DNA of 64,000 nt from Bilabrum cf. latius (taxonomy: Eukaryota). Shown here piece by piece: positions 38,959 to 53,697 of the stretch (positions within the stretch are counted from its first letter, which is position 1; every line of letters begins with the position of its first letter). The notes beneath the pieces were generated by a model. The model was not told the origin of the DNA. It searched no databases and saw nothing but the letters and a program-made list of their open reading frames with translations. The DNA is taken from NCBI GenBank assembly GCA_965178125.1, contig OZ237774.1, positions 186,001 to 250,000 on the forward strand, given 5' to 3'. Made by a program: the position numbers and the translations under genes.

Positions 38959-40628
38959 TCACTCCCGCAGCGGCTTGATCCCCAGCTTGGCCCGCAGTGC
39001 ATTCGCCTCCTCAACCTCGCTGAGTGGCGCGCCTGCTCCGGTCGATGCCTCACCGCTCGTCGCACCGCTCCCTCCCCCCACTGGCAGCTTGATCCCCGGG
39101 ATGGCCAGGGGCGCCTTCTTGCCCTTCTTGTCCTTCTTCTTCTTCTTGCTCTTGTCCTTGCTCTTGTCATGTTTCTTGCTCTTGCCATGCCCACCGCTTG
39201 CCTCCCCCTACCCCCCATGTAGGCCCGCGCCCATGCCCCCGCTAGGTGGTCCCATGGGCGCGCTAGGTGGTCCCATGGGCGCGCTAGGTGGTCCCATGGG
39301 CGCGCTAGGTGGTCCCATGGGCGCGCTAGGTGGTCCCATGGGCGCGCTAGGTGGTCCCATGGGCGCGCTAGATGGTCCCATGGGCGCCCCTCCTTCATCC
39401 GATCCATCCATCGCCGCCTGCCCCGAACCAGAACCACCACTATAACCAAAATCACCACGAGTCCCGCCCTCCACCCGGGCACGCTTGGAGGGCCTATGCA
39501 TGCCGCCCCCCTACGATCCCCCCTTTTCTTCTTCATCTTCACTTCTGAACCTACCCCTCACCTGCCCAGCCTGATGGTCTGCACCTGCACCTGCACCTGC
39601 ACCTGCACCTGCACCTGCACCTGCACCTGCACCTGCACCTGCACCTGCACCTGCACCTGCACCTGCACCTGCACCTGCACCTGCACCTGCACCTGCACCT
39701 GCCCTGCTCCCAGCGCTTCCTGCAGGCGCACCAGGTGCACCCGCGCCATCCATCGGGGCCGGCCCAGGCACAGGCTCACTCGAGGCTGCCCCACCTTTCA
39801 CACTGAACCCACTTGCGGCTCCGGATCCGGACGGCAGCGACGGCGGCACGCGATCGCCGCTAGCACGTGCCCCGTGTCCCTCCCCATCGTCGCCATAGCC
39901 CGAGGATACCGAGGATAACCCGGGCATGGGGGCCTGTCCCCGCGCGATTGCGCTAATCTCATCCCGGGTCACCATGCCCATCCCCACCAGCGGGGACTCG
40001 CGCGGCGCCAGCAGCCGGTTCCGCTCGAGCTGCATCCTGCTTGGTTTCACGGGCAGCGTGATTCCGATGGACTGCTCGTCTCGCAGCAGGCCGTCCACGA
40101 ATTCGTCCACGTGGATGATCTTCCAGCCCCCATCGACGACACGGACGGCCAGCTTTCGCATGTCGAGGAGAAGCGGCTCCAACTGCCTGTGGATGTCGGC
40201 GGGGCGAGCGACAATGCGCCAGTAGATTGCCCCTAGGACTCGCAGGTACTTGAACTCGTCTTGCTTCATGTACTCAATAGCAATGTCGGGCTCTACCGAC
40301 AGCTGCAGCATCTTGAGCAGCAGACATATGAAGTCTGTCGCCACCCGCGCACCTCCGTGCAGTCCTCCAACATGGTCCAGCTTCGTGGCCTCATCCACAA
40401 GGGTTGCAGCTGCGGTTGAAATGATTTAGTTCATATTGTGTGTTCATGGTAGCACATGGAACGGTTGAATCAGGGAAGACAATGAAAGCCAAACTCACCA
40501 TTCAACCCGAAGCAACGTTCCTTCCAGTAGCGGCTTGCATATATTCGATCGCGAGTAATCCTTTCAACAAGCAGCTGCGGGTCGTTACCGTGTACGCTTT
40601 TTGCAAGTACATCAGTGCGATTTGCCAT
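38959..40628 (-). CDS. PRP38: Pre-mRNA splicing factor PRP38A with C-terminal HIND motif
   Basis: MANRTD...HGNDPQLLVERITRDRIYASRYWKERCFGLN; intron 40410-40498 (GT-AG); FICLLLKMLQL, EFKYLRVLGAIYWR, IHVDEFVDGLL. TAG at 39511 and 39208. Ends EVEEANALRAKLGIKPLRE-TGA. Confidence 0.93.
39240..39388 (-). repeat. 21-bp coding tandem repeat (~7 copies, SAPMGPP)
   Basis: Tandem GCGCTAGGTGGTCCCATGGGC units on the + strand. Confidence 0.95.
39579..39702 (-). repeat. (GCAGGT)n microsatellite, ~20 copies, encoding (AG)n in PRP38
   Basis: Perfect CTGCAC repeats on the + strand. Confidence 0.97.
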
Positions 40629-40824
40629 TGCCAGGCGACTTGTGACGAAGTGGAAGGCCGCACACACAGATGGAGCAATGATGTGACGACTGAAGCCTAA
40701 ATGCAGGGAGCGTGTTCACTGCATGTCAATAATAATTGCAAACAAGAGTAACTAGTAGTAGCTCTGAGTCTTCAGTGGTATGGTTGGTTGAATCACCGAT
40801 CGAGGTTCGCTAGACCAGTGCAAA

Positions 40825-41802
40825 ATGCTGCGCAGAGCAACTGCAACTGCTCGACAAATGCTGCTAGCAGTACACAGCGGCGCGAAGCGACCAGCGAGCA
40901 GATTCTTGTCATCTGCACGACAACCTGGAGTTGGTGTTGTGGCACACGTGTTCCCAGGCCGATGGGTCGACCATGACGGGCAAGGCAACAAAGACACCAT
41001 TCTCGTTGATCTACGACACATGGTGCAAATTGTGCGCGGCCATCCTCCCGCGAAAGGCCACATATCGTCTCCCGGTGGCAAGCTCGAGTGGGGTGAAAGG
41101 CTAGAAGAAGCTGCTATTCGTGAAGTTAGCGAGGAAACCGGGCTGCCTGAAGAGAGCCTCCTCCTCCCGCCCAGCCCGCTCGCCACGGTCACATAGGCGA
41201 TTGGAGCAAGTGCTCCACCGGGAAATGAGCAAGACCACTCGCCCGAGTACCACTACGTCCTAGCCCACATGTGCGTCGTTGCGATGCAAGCACCACTGGA
41301 AGCGAGCAAGAGACGCAGCGGAAGGCAGGCGAAACCCCCCTGCCACTGGCTTGGCTCACATGATGCTACTAGCAGCACAATGGCTGGGCAGATTGACAGC
41401 GCAATCGCCAGGGCACTCGACAGACCTTATTACTCCGACGATAATCTAAGCCCACAGTGTGTGCAGCGGTTGCAACCGGCTCCTCCTCTGCTCTTGCCCG
41501 AGGTACGGGCTCTGGATGATGCGGCAGCGGCGGGATGGGTGCGGACTGCCGAGGTGCTGGCCGCGTGCGGTGTGACGAGTGTTGGACCCGATGGGTAGAG
41601 CGTTGATGTAGAAGTCATGCCGGCTGCAGACGTGCAGGGCGGTGCGGAGTCCACCGGTGGATCAGTGCTGGGCCTGTGCGAGCTGGGGGCACAAGCAGGT
41701 CTTGATGGCTCCCAGGCCCCGCCGTGCGTGAGCGGGCACAGGGAGGCCGTACTGGCTGCGATCGGGTGCATGGCACGGTAGTGCAATACGATGGAGGCCT
41801 GA
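40825..41802 (+). CDS. NUDIX hydrolase with putative mitochondrial targeting peptide
   Basis: Nudix box PGGKLEWGERLEEAAIREVSEETGL. The downstream motifs YHYVLAH and ALDDAAAAGW are reached via TAG at 41194; further TAG at 41596 and 41779. Ends TGA 41800-41802. Confidence 0.82.
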
Positions 41803-41968
41803 GGGTCCCTCGAAGGCTATTCAAGTAAGTGCCGATGATTTCATGTTGTGGATGCTAGCTTTATGGATCTAGCTCTTGTTTGTCACAAGCAGGAGACCAC
41901 CAACCACGCCAACTCGCTGCACACCCTTTCCATTACAAATACTGCCTATTCGCAATTTTCCGATCAAG

Positions 41969-43699
41969 TTAAGTGACCCGCACTCGCACCAGAGGTGTCC
42001 CGCTGTCCCTCCTCCCCACCGCCCTTTTCTCGGCTGCCTGCAGCCACCGCTCCATCGACGGCGTGAAAGGTGACTGCCCAGACCCCGGAACTGGTCGGCC
42101 CCGCGAGCTCCTCGCACTCATCACACCTCTGCGATCACTCGTCACACCGAGCAGGCCACTGGGCGACGTGGGAAGCTCCAGGTCGGTGCACCGGCGGGCC
42201 GCCCCGCCTGCTCTCGCACTCGTCACACCAGATGCAGCCGGCCCGCCGTCCCCGATGCGCAACTGGGGCACAAACGCTGGGGGAGTCCGGCGACGAATCA
42301 GCTCCGAGTCCGCGGTCCCGCGGGCGCCATTCCGAAGCGGACCACCGGTGGCGGCAGCGTGCTGGCCGCGGCCTGGCTAGACCTGCCCCTGCCCCTGCCC
42401 CAGCAGCACAGTGGCGGCGGCTCGTGCTGCCCTCGCCCCGCACTCGTCACAGCCTAGTCGCCTCGGCGCAGGCCGGGTAGGCGTGTGTGGCCCTGATGAG
42501 GCGCTCGCCGCGGAGGTAGCCCTCCCACGGCGAACCTGGTGTGACGAGTGCGATCGCGCGGCAGGCGTGTTGTTGCCGCGCCCCTCCCCCTCCAAGGTGC
42601 CTTGTTGCCCTGACGTTGATGCGGCGCGACTCGGAGTCTATAATGAATGGCTGGCATCCGATCGGCAGCGGTCCCTATCGGAAATGCCGCTGCTGCTACT
42701 GCTGCTGCAGCTTCCAATCGTCCCGCTGGCTGCCCCCACTGGCAGCTATTGCCCTTGCTTCAGGTCACGGCCCACCACCACTTGCTGCGTGTCACCAACA
42801 CGGGGGATACTCCCCGAATGCAATGCCAGAGATAATACCATACTACCCTCGGCATCACCGCCGCCGCTGCCGGCATGGTTGTCGCTGGCTGATTCCGAGC
42901 AGGAATCGCCAGGCGCAGTTGCATCGATATCCTGCTCGCACGAAAGCACCTGCTTCGCGCGATAACGGGCCTACCGTGAGCTTTTCGCTACCTACACGGC
43001 CTCCCATATAATCCAGCCCAATACAAGGATCAGCTAAGCTACCGAAGAGCAGAGTAAAGCTTCGCTTCGCCGCTGCAGCCCGGGCGGATGGTGCCAAGAG
43101 GTGCTCTGCAACTGCTGCACAGCTTCAGCTGCCGCCGTTGACCCGTGCACATGCCTACTTTCCACAGCTAGTATGGCTGATACGGCCTTGCCACGCAAGC
43201 TATGCTTGCTGAGCCCCAGCTCGTGCGAATCGGGGGAAAGCATTCCGTGAGACCACGCAATCACCAATCCTAGCGACATTACAGAGACAGCCGCAGATAC
43301 CAGTGGTCCAAGGGAGCGATATGCTAGCTTCAAGGTTCGTGCACTGCTATTGGAATCGCTATCATCGATTCCTAGCAGCTGTGACCAGGCCGCAACCCAG
43401 CCCGCGCGAAGCGACAGCATCGTGGGCGCCAACCAAATAAACGCCCAAGCAGCGGCGTGTAGCAGCAAAAGTATGCTCAATTTTGATTGCATTGCGTTCC
43501 ACAAAAGCGCTAGGGCTGGAATGTGTCTGCCCTGGTGAGCGATGAACTCGCCGCCCGCATCCATTGGTAGTGCTGAGCAAACGGCACAAACGACGCAGCC
43601 TGCTAGCGATATTGTCACGAGACACGCCTTTGCAGCTATAAATATGCATGTGTTCTGGTTCTAGTCGGGTTGTAGCATTGCTGCACCATCCATTGCCAT
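41969..43699 (-). CDS. Hypothetical membrane protein with disordered C-terminus
   Basis: ORFs 43661.., 43034.., 42746.., 42377.. and 41969.. share a frame, joined by TAG (43661, 43034, 42992, 42971, 42746, 42638, 42377). Hydrophobic helices in the N-terminal half. Terminates at TAA 41969-41971. Start uncertain. Confidence 0.5.
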
Positions 43700-44368
43700 A
43701 TTGATTGTGCTCAAAGGTCCGTTCTTCTTGTCAATGTGTAGTAAATGAATGATGAAGATCATGACGTACAACCGTTGCCTAGATCTAGCGCAACGGAGCA
43801 CGATTTGCGCACCTGGACCGTGGCAGCACACAAGTCGGTCACGTAAAATCACCGGACTATTTTATCCTATGGCCTTAGACGCCCGATGTGCCCCGTCTGC
43901 TGCCTCGTCACGGCCACAAGGCCCTTTGTAACAATGGTGGGTGGCCTGCGTCGGGGGCGGGCGCAGGTGCCGTCGAACCCACCGCTGCCTTCAATGGCCG
44001 GGCCATGCGAGTCGCGGACACGGGGCACGCTGACTTGTAGAAGCCCAGGGGTTCAGGCTACTTGTGGGGGAGAGTGTGGGTGTGAATACGAGTAGCCCCA
44101 GTCGATAGAGTGCCAGAGGCGGGGGACAGGGGCGAGGTGGTGCGGATGGGGATGGGTGGCAGGGCGCTGTACACGATGTAGGATGGTTCTACTGGATGTG
44201 GACTGCTTGCAGCTTGTACAGCACCCATTCAAGCTGTGTGCCGCAGTGTAGATCCAATGGATGTAGCTACTAGCTACGCTTGGGTTCGAAATACGGTGCT
44301 ATTTGATAGAAATCTGAAATAATGTGCAAGAGCCAATGCATGTGGCACAGCACTCTCAATCCGTCACC

Positions 44369-47300
44369 ATGGCATCTGCCATCGACCGTGACTTGATGTT
44401 GCACAGCTTGACTGTGCGTGATCCGGGCGCAATCACAGATTGCGCCTACGGGTCGTTCACAAGTCCCGGTAGGAACGAGTTCGCCACGCTTCGAGGCGGC
44501 ACGGTGCTTGAGATTTCCAGGTCTGATGCATTGAACCGGCTAGTATCCGTTTGTAAAGTGCAGTTGTTTGCTCTAGGTAGGTGTATTCGGCCAGCACGCC
44601 TCATTGGGACAAAGCAGGACTACGTCGTCCTCACCAGTGATAGCGGTAGGCTCACAGTGTTCGGTTGGGACGCCAAACGGGCCACTATGCAGCAGGTGAG
44701 ATACTAAACCATGCAATTCATCGGTCCGATCAGCTGGGATAGTGATGCCTGCCGCACATATCACCAAGTGCGGCCTCCCAACCTCGACCGACCCCATGCA
44801 CTTGCTGCGGCCAGCACACACGTCGTCCCCCGCCCGCGAATCACCATCGCTTACTGTCCGCAGGTGCATTGCGAGCCCATGGGCCACAGCGGAGCAGGCC
44901 GTCTCACCCCCGGGCAGTACCTGGCCGTGGACCCACTGGGGCGAGCGCTGATGGCGGCGGCGGTGGAGGCCCGGCGGCTGGTCTTCGTGCTGGGCAGGGA
45001 CTCGTCCGTGGTGGGCGCCGGGGGAGGGTCCGCTGACGGTCCGGGGACCGACAGATCGGAGGAGGCCGCCCGCAGGCAGGACCGTTCCATGGGTGGATCG
45101 CTCACCATCAGCAGCCCGGTGGATGCGCACACCCCCGGTGTGATCACACTGGCGCTGCAGGCCCTGGACACTGGGCACGACAATCCCGCGTTCGTGGCGT
45201 TGGAATTGGAATACGACGACGAAGCAATGGAGGACGAGGACGATGATGACGAGGACGAGGATGGGGAGGGTGATGGTGATGCTGCTGCAAAGCGCATGCC
45301 CGCGGGGATCCAGCACCCAACCGCGTCTGCGGTTGCAACCGGCACGGGGGCCAGGGTACCCCCGGGGGCAGGAGCGGGCACGGGGGGGCAGCCCGTCCCC
45401 CTCCCACCCCCGGGCCCCGCCAGGGAACAACGGGAATCGGACGACAGTGCCGCCGAGCAGGCAAGGCCATGGCGCACGCCGGCCGAGGCACAGGCCAGGG
45501 CGGAAGAGTGCGCGGCGCCGGGAGATGTTCCGCCGCCGCCCCCTCGCGGCCGGCGCAAGGTGGTGTCTGTGTACGAGCTGGACCTGGGGATCAACTCGGT
45601 GAGGAGGCGCTGGAGGGGGCCTGCACCGGCGGGGGCCAGCTCCCTGCTGCCAGTGCCGGCGGGGCGGGGCGGCCCGGGGGGCTGGCTGGTGCTGGGCGAG
45701 GACCTGCTGATGTACCAGAGCGAGAACTCGGAGCCCATTGCCGTGCGCGTGCCTCGCCGGCACGACACGCCCGACGACCGCAGAGTGCTGGCCGTGTCTG
45801 GCGCCACCTTTCAGCGCAAGAGCGTGATGTTTAGCCTGGTGCAGACGGAGCAGGGGGACCTGTTCCGTGTCTTGCTGCACCCCAGGGAACAACCGATGGC
45901 GGGCGAGGGAGGCCTGCAGGGGGGCAAGTGGGCGGGCGGGCCAGGCGCGGTGCAGGTGCGCTACCTGGACACTGTTCCCCCGGTGTGCGCCCCCCTGCAG
46001 ATCACGAGGGCCGCCCAGCTGTTCGCCCCCTGCGAGGGGCAGGACGCGATGCTGTTCCGGTTTACCAACCTGGGTGACCCCAAGGAGGGGGACGGGTGGG
46101 AGGTGGTGGAGGCGGTGGGGAAGCCCGCAGACCTTGGGGACGATGAGGGGGAGGGGGGGCACGATGGGGAGGACGAGGATCAGGAGGAGGCGCTGGTGTT
46201 TGAGCCCAGGGCCCTGCGGAACCTCGAGCTGGTGGACGAGTCGCATTGCGCGGCGCCCTGCACCGACATGGTGGTGGGTGACGTGGCCGCCGCCGGTGAC
46301 CCAGGGAACAGCCTCAGCGGGGGCCTGCACCAGCTGTACGCGCTCTGTGGGAGAGGAGCAGGCGGCTCCTTGCGGGTGTGGAGGCATGGCGTAGAGGCCT
46401 CGGGCGCGGGGGAGCTGGCGCTGCCGGGTGTGCCCGACCGGGTGTTCGCGCTGGGGTCAGGGGCGGGAAGCGGCGAGACTGTGGCTGAGGCGGCGGCTGC
46501 GGCTGCTGCGGCGGGGGAAGAGGACGAGGGGGGCGCGGCTCAAGGGGCGGGGAGTAGCGTGCGGTTTGACCGACACATCCTGGTCTCGTTCCCCAACGCC
46601 ACCCTGGCCCTGCGCGTGAGCGGCGGCTCGGAGGATGGTGGCCAGGAGGGGGCGGACGGTGAGGCATCAGCTCCGATCGACGAAGACCGTACGACTCCGT
46701 TCTTCCGCGGTGGTCCCACCCTCGCTGCGTGCGTGCTGGAGGACGCCAGAGCGGCTGCGGGGGGGGCGAGGTACTCCGTGGTGCAGGTGCACCCTGGGGG
46801 CGTGCGGGTGCTGCAGACCGGCGGGGGTGGCAATGGGGCGAGCAAGGGCGGCGTGGACGGTGGCCAAACCGGCGGACCTCCGTCGGATGCAGACGTGAAC
46901 GAGTGGGCACCCAAGTCGGGCACGCACATCTCACGCGCGGCCTGCAATGGGAGGCAGGTGCTTGTGCTGCTGGGTGACCTGACCCTCCAGTACTTTGAAG
47001 CAGACCCCGTCACGGGCGAGCTGAGGGACCTCCTGTCGCAGCAGGCCCCCGCTGCGCGGGCCGATGGGGCGGGGTCGGGCGTGCCGTCGGACGCTGTGAC
47101 GGCGCTGGCGCTGGCGCCCGTGCGGCGGGGGCGGCTGCGGGCCTCCTTCGCCGCGATCGGGGACGCTGCTGGCGCCGTGCGGCTGATCAGCCTCGCCCCC
47201 GGGGAGGGCTGCTTGCAGCAGGTTGCAACCGCTGTGCTCAGGGCCCCCGCAGTGTCCCTGGCATTCCAGGAGCTGTCCCCCACTGTGGGGCAGGCGGCGG

Positions 47301-50080
47301 AGGCGGCGGCCGCTGCGGAAGAAGCGGAGATGCGGGCCGGGGGTGATGTGGCGGCGGCGGAGGCAGCCGAGGTGCTGCGGGCGGGTCAGCTGCAGCTGCT
47401 TGCGGGCCAGGCGGACGGGAGTGTGACGAGCATGAGGGTGGACGACGGGGCCGCTGGGGCGCTGGGCGGGGCGGGCGTGTCCATCGGCGGTGTGGCGGTG
47501 GCGGCCAGCGGGTCTCTAAGGGACGCGACGACTCATTTCGTGGGGGCTGGGGGCGTGCAGGTGGAGCCGGTGCGGCTGCCTGACGACGCAGCCGAGAGGA
47601 TCGGATCATCGGGGGAGGGCGTTGGGGCGGCCATGGCGAGGGCCCGGGCGGGGGAGGGGGTCCCCTCTGTGCTCGCCCTAAGCTCAAGGGCCAGCGTGTG
47701 CGCCGCTGCGCAGGGGCCTGGGGCCGTGCAGCCCCTGGCTCTGGCCGGCAGGATCGACGCGGCGTGCTCCTTCCACTGGGAGCAGTGCCCGCACGGGATC
47801 GCGGCGGTGAGCGGGAGCACGCTGCGGATCCTGAGGGCGCCCGCGGCCAGGGGGTCGGCGTGGACGAAGCGAACGTTCCCTCTGAGGTACACCCCCAGGA
47901 AGGCGTGCCCCGTGCCGGGTACGCCCCTCCTAGCCGTAGTGCAGGCGGATGCCCACTGCTACTGCGCGGCAGATCGGGCTGAGCTGGCACAGGCGCTGGT
48001 GCAGGCGCAGGCAGACGAGGACGAGGACGAAGAGGAGGAGGATTAGTAGGATGGAAAGGAAGCGAAGGAGGGTGGTGGCGCGGCTGCCTCTGTGTGTGCC
48101 GAGGAACAAGCCGTGGCGGGGGCTCGTCGCGCTGCCATGCAGGCTGAGGCAGCGGAAGCGGGGGAGGAGGATGAGGCGGATGATGGAGGCAAGGTGGGCC
48201 CAGCCGATGGGGCGCTTGTGCGACTGGCCGCGGGGGAGGGGGAGAAATTCGTGCCCCTGGCAGCAGGTGTGACGAGTGCTCGGTACCCCGGCCACCCCAG
48301 CCACGTGGAGGGCATGCGCGAGATGGGGGCGGACCCCGGTCTGGAGGGTGTGTGCCTCAGGCGGGTGGGGTATCCCTTGCCCCCTGGGGAGGGGCCTTGG
48401 GCCTCGTGCGTGTCGCTGTTTGACGCGTCGGGGAGGGGTCTGCAGCCAGTGAAGGGTGGATCGAAGGGGGGCGGAGGCTAGGTCAAGGAAGGGGGAGACG
48501 AGGAAGAGGAAGAGGAAGACGAGGAGGGGCAGCTGGGGGAGCCCGATGGCAGCCTGCTGGGATCGGCGGAAATGCCCGAGGGAGTGGCGGCATTGAGCGT
48601 GGCCGCAGTGCGATTCGACGAGGGTTTGGCCACCTCTGGGATCAGGAGCGCGAGGGGAAGGGCAGGCAGCAGCAGCAGCCCTTGGTACGTGGCTGTGGGG
48701 TGCGTGCGCGGCCTGAGGTACCATCCCACGCGACTCAGGGGGGCGTGCATCCGGACCTACAGGGTGGTTCCAGGGAACAAGGAGGGGGAAGAGGACGGTG
48801 GCCAATCAGGGGGTGGTCAAAGCGGGTGGGCGGGATGCCGGCTGGTGTTTGTGCACGAGACGCAGGTCCCCGGCCCGCCTTTGGCCATGCGTTCCTTCCA
48901 GGGCCGGCTCCTGGTGGGTGTCGGGCGAGGCCTGCTCATGTTTGGGATGGGGCAGAGGCGGTTGCTGCGGAAGGCCGGATTCGAGGGGCTGCCCACCAGG
49001 GCGGCGTGCATCGAGATCATGCCCAGGAGAATTGACTCGGCCGCTGCTGCGCTGGGCGGGATGGCAGGAGGAGGCCCAGCTCCTGGTTCGTCTTCTTCTT
49101 CGTCTTCTTCGGCGTCTTCCGGTGCTGGTGCCTCGGGGGGGCAGGAAGAAGCGGCGGCGGGGGAACAGGCGGACCCGAGCTAGGGCCAGGTGTCTCTGTC
49201 GGCCATGCTGTCTGCCGCGGCGGTGCGGTCGGGCACTACGCATGGCAGAGACGGTGCCGCTGGCCAGAGGAAGAAGAGCCTGGCTCTCGCAGCTCTGGCC
49301 GCCCTGGTCAAGCCCAGCGTGCCCACCCACCTGGAGGATCCCTTGGAGCACGACTCGCTCGTGCAGTCGGAACGAATAGCCGTGGGGGACGGGCAGGAAG
49401 GCGTCGTTGTTCTCCGGTGGAGGCGCGCGAGCCAGAGCTTCGGGGTGCTGGGCGAGGACACGATCCCAAGGCACTGCACCTGCCTGTGCCCTCTGGACTA
49501 CCACACGGTGGCGGTGGGGGACAAGTTCGGGAACGTGGCTGTAGTGCGACTGCCGGAGGACGCTTCGGGGGAGGGCGAGATGGGAGTGAGCGCGGCGGAC
49601 GGGGTGCGGGCGCTGTGGGAAGGGGGCGCCAGTGGGGGCAGGATGAAGGCGCCCGGGCTGGAGCAGGTGTGCCACACGCACCTGGGGTCCGCCGTGACGG
49701 CGCTGCGGCCGGCGCGCATGCCCGGGGGCGGCGAGGTGGTGCTGGCATCGACGGTGACCGGCGGGCTGATGGCCCTGCAGCCGCTGCAGACGAGGCGAGA
49801 CATCGCGTTCGCCACGACGCTAGAAAGGTTCCTTCGGGCTCAGCGGGTGCCCGCGCTGAGCCCGGTGGGGCGGAGGCACGTCGCCTTCAGGGGAGCGTAC
49901 GTGCCGGTGCAGCGAGTGGTGGACGGAGACTACATGGAGCAGGTACTGGAGCTGCCGGCGGGGGCGAGGACAGCGCTCGCGGATGACATGGGAGACGTGG
50001 CGGGTGCGGCAGGTGCGACGGGGCGGCGGGTCGCGATGGAGAGGAAGGTCAGGAAGTTGCGCGCCCAGGTTGGGGTATGA
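44369..50080 (+). CDS. SF3B3: Splicing factor 3B subunit 3 (Rse1/SAP130), ~1850 aa with low-complexity insertions
   Basis: DYVVLTSDSGRL; intron 44696-44863; PGQYLAVDPLGRA; YELDLGIN; LVQTEQGDLF; QLYALCGRG; FPLRYTPRK; FQGRLLVGVG; LDYHTVAVGDKFGNV; GRRHVAFRGAYVPVQRVVDGD. TAG at 48044, 48047, 48479 and 49181. Ends TGA. Confidence 0.95.
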
Positions 50081-50459
50081 CCTGGTGCTGTGGTCGGGCC
50101 CGTTCAATGCATCAAACTGCTTCAGGCTGGCAGGTTGCAACATTAGACTGTGAGTTTGTTGAAGGCCAGGCTTGAAGTGAGCGTGGCAAAAAGGTTCATC
50201 TAGGCCAAAATGTGAGATCCAATGTTGTCCTCGTGAACGAAGCAGTCCCACAATTGGTTTGCCTTCTAACTTAAAGTTCCATCTGGGAACCTCGGCTAGC
50301 GGTATCGACTGATCGTCTTGGAATGGCTAATCCCGGATTGAGTAGCCGCGTGTTGTTGTCAAGATCTTCATGTAAACTAGCCGGTTCTTCATCCACAAGA
50401 TCTGTTCAATTCCACTCAAGTCACGGTGGCCCGACTGTTCATCAAACATGATTCATGAT

Positions 50460-52727
<2,268 letters not shown>

Positions 52728-53697
52728 ACTCAACTCAACATGTACCCCATTCCGGGCGTCCTACGGGGCACACACCCGAACCGAGGCTCGAACACAGCCT
52801 CGTTTGCCCCGCGAGCAGCTGCGGCACACATCTTCATCTTTCACGTTGTGTACCGGTTGCAACCAAAACCTCCTCCAGCCAACGAATCGCACGCTATCCT
52901 GCAGAAGCAGATCCAGGGCCTTTTCCTTCGCGTGTGAGACTCCTTAGGCGGTTGTGTGGTTAGTATTTGTTATAAAAGTGCTGTTTATGCCGCCTCACCG
53001 CCGGATGTTGCTACTTTGGTTGAGGTAGGGTTCTCCTAGGCCCGTGACAAGCAAGCCAAAGTTATTCAACTCTTAAATGATAGTGTAACGTTTCCATTGG
53101 ATCGCCCCTCCAAGGAGGAACTTTAGAATCTTTGCAAGTTAATTGATTTCCTTGATTGTGAAGCTTGGTTGGCTCTGAGGGACGCCGGGGAACGATTTGG
53201 CAGGGCAGCCGTTTAGCCTCGAACTCCGGCTTCGGGCACCTGCTCGGGCCCGCAAGAACAGTCCTGCCGGCCGAAGGCCGATCTTTCTCAGAGCATCCAC
53301 GTTATGAACCTTTTGTGGAGGTTGGTGGCACGGCGGGGGCACATTTCGTGGCGGAAAGGCCTGCCGAGCATCTCGTGGGTGCCGCGGCCGTTTATCGCGT
53401 GCGACCGCCGAGCGTCGACTCGGGGTGCTGCCCGGCCCATCAGGCCCTCTGCGCAGCGATGTACGGCGGATTTCGTGTCACCGTATACATTTGTATCACA
53501 TCTGTCTCGGTTTGGTTGCTAAGATCTTGTATGTTGTTCGATAGTGTGTATTTGGTCCCTCTGTTGCATCTTTCCCCGCCATGGCCCACTCGTTTCGAAG
53601 CCCCTCTCGCTTTTTCTTTATCGCAGTTTCTTCCGAGGAAACCGATCGAGACTGTGTACTTGAGAAAGACATTTTGAGCGAGCGGACGCAACTTATC

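Noticed and set aside
39240-39388. CRISPR-like array
   Set aside because: These are head-to-tail 21-bp units without unique spacers, in frame within PRP38. The FG-GAP and Ser/Thr repeats are likewise coding.
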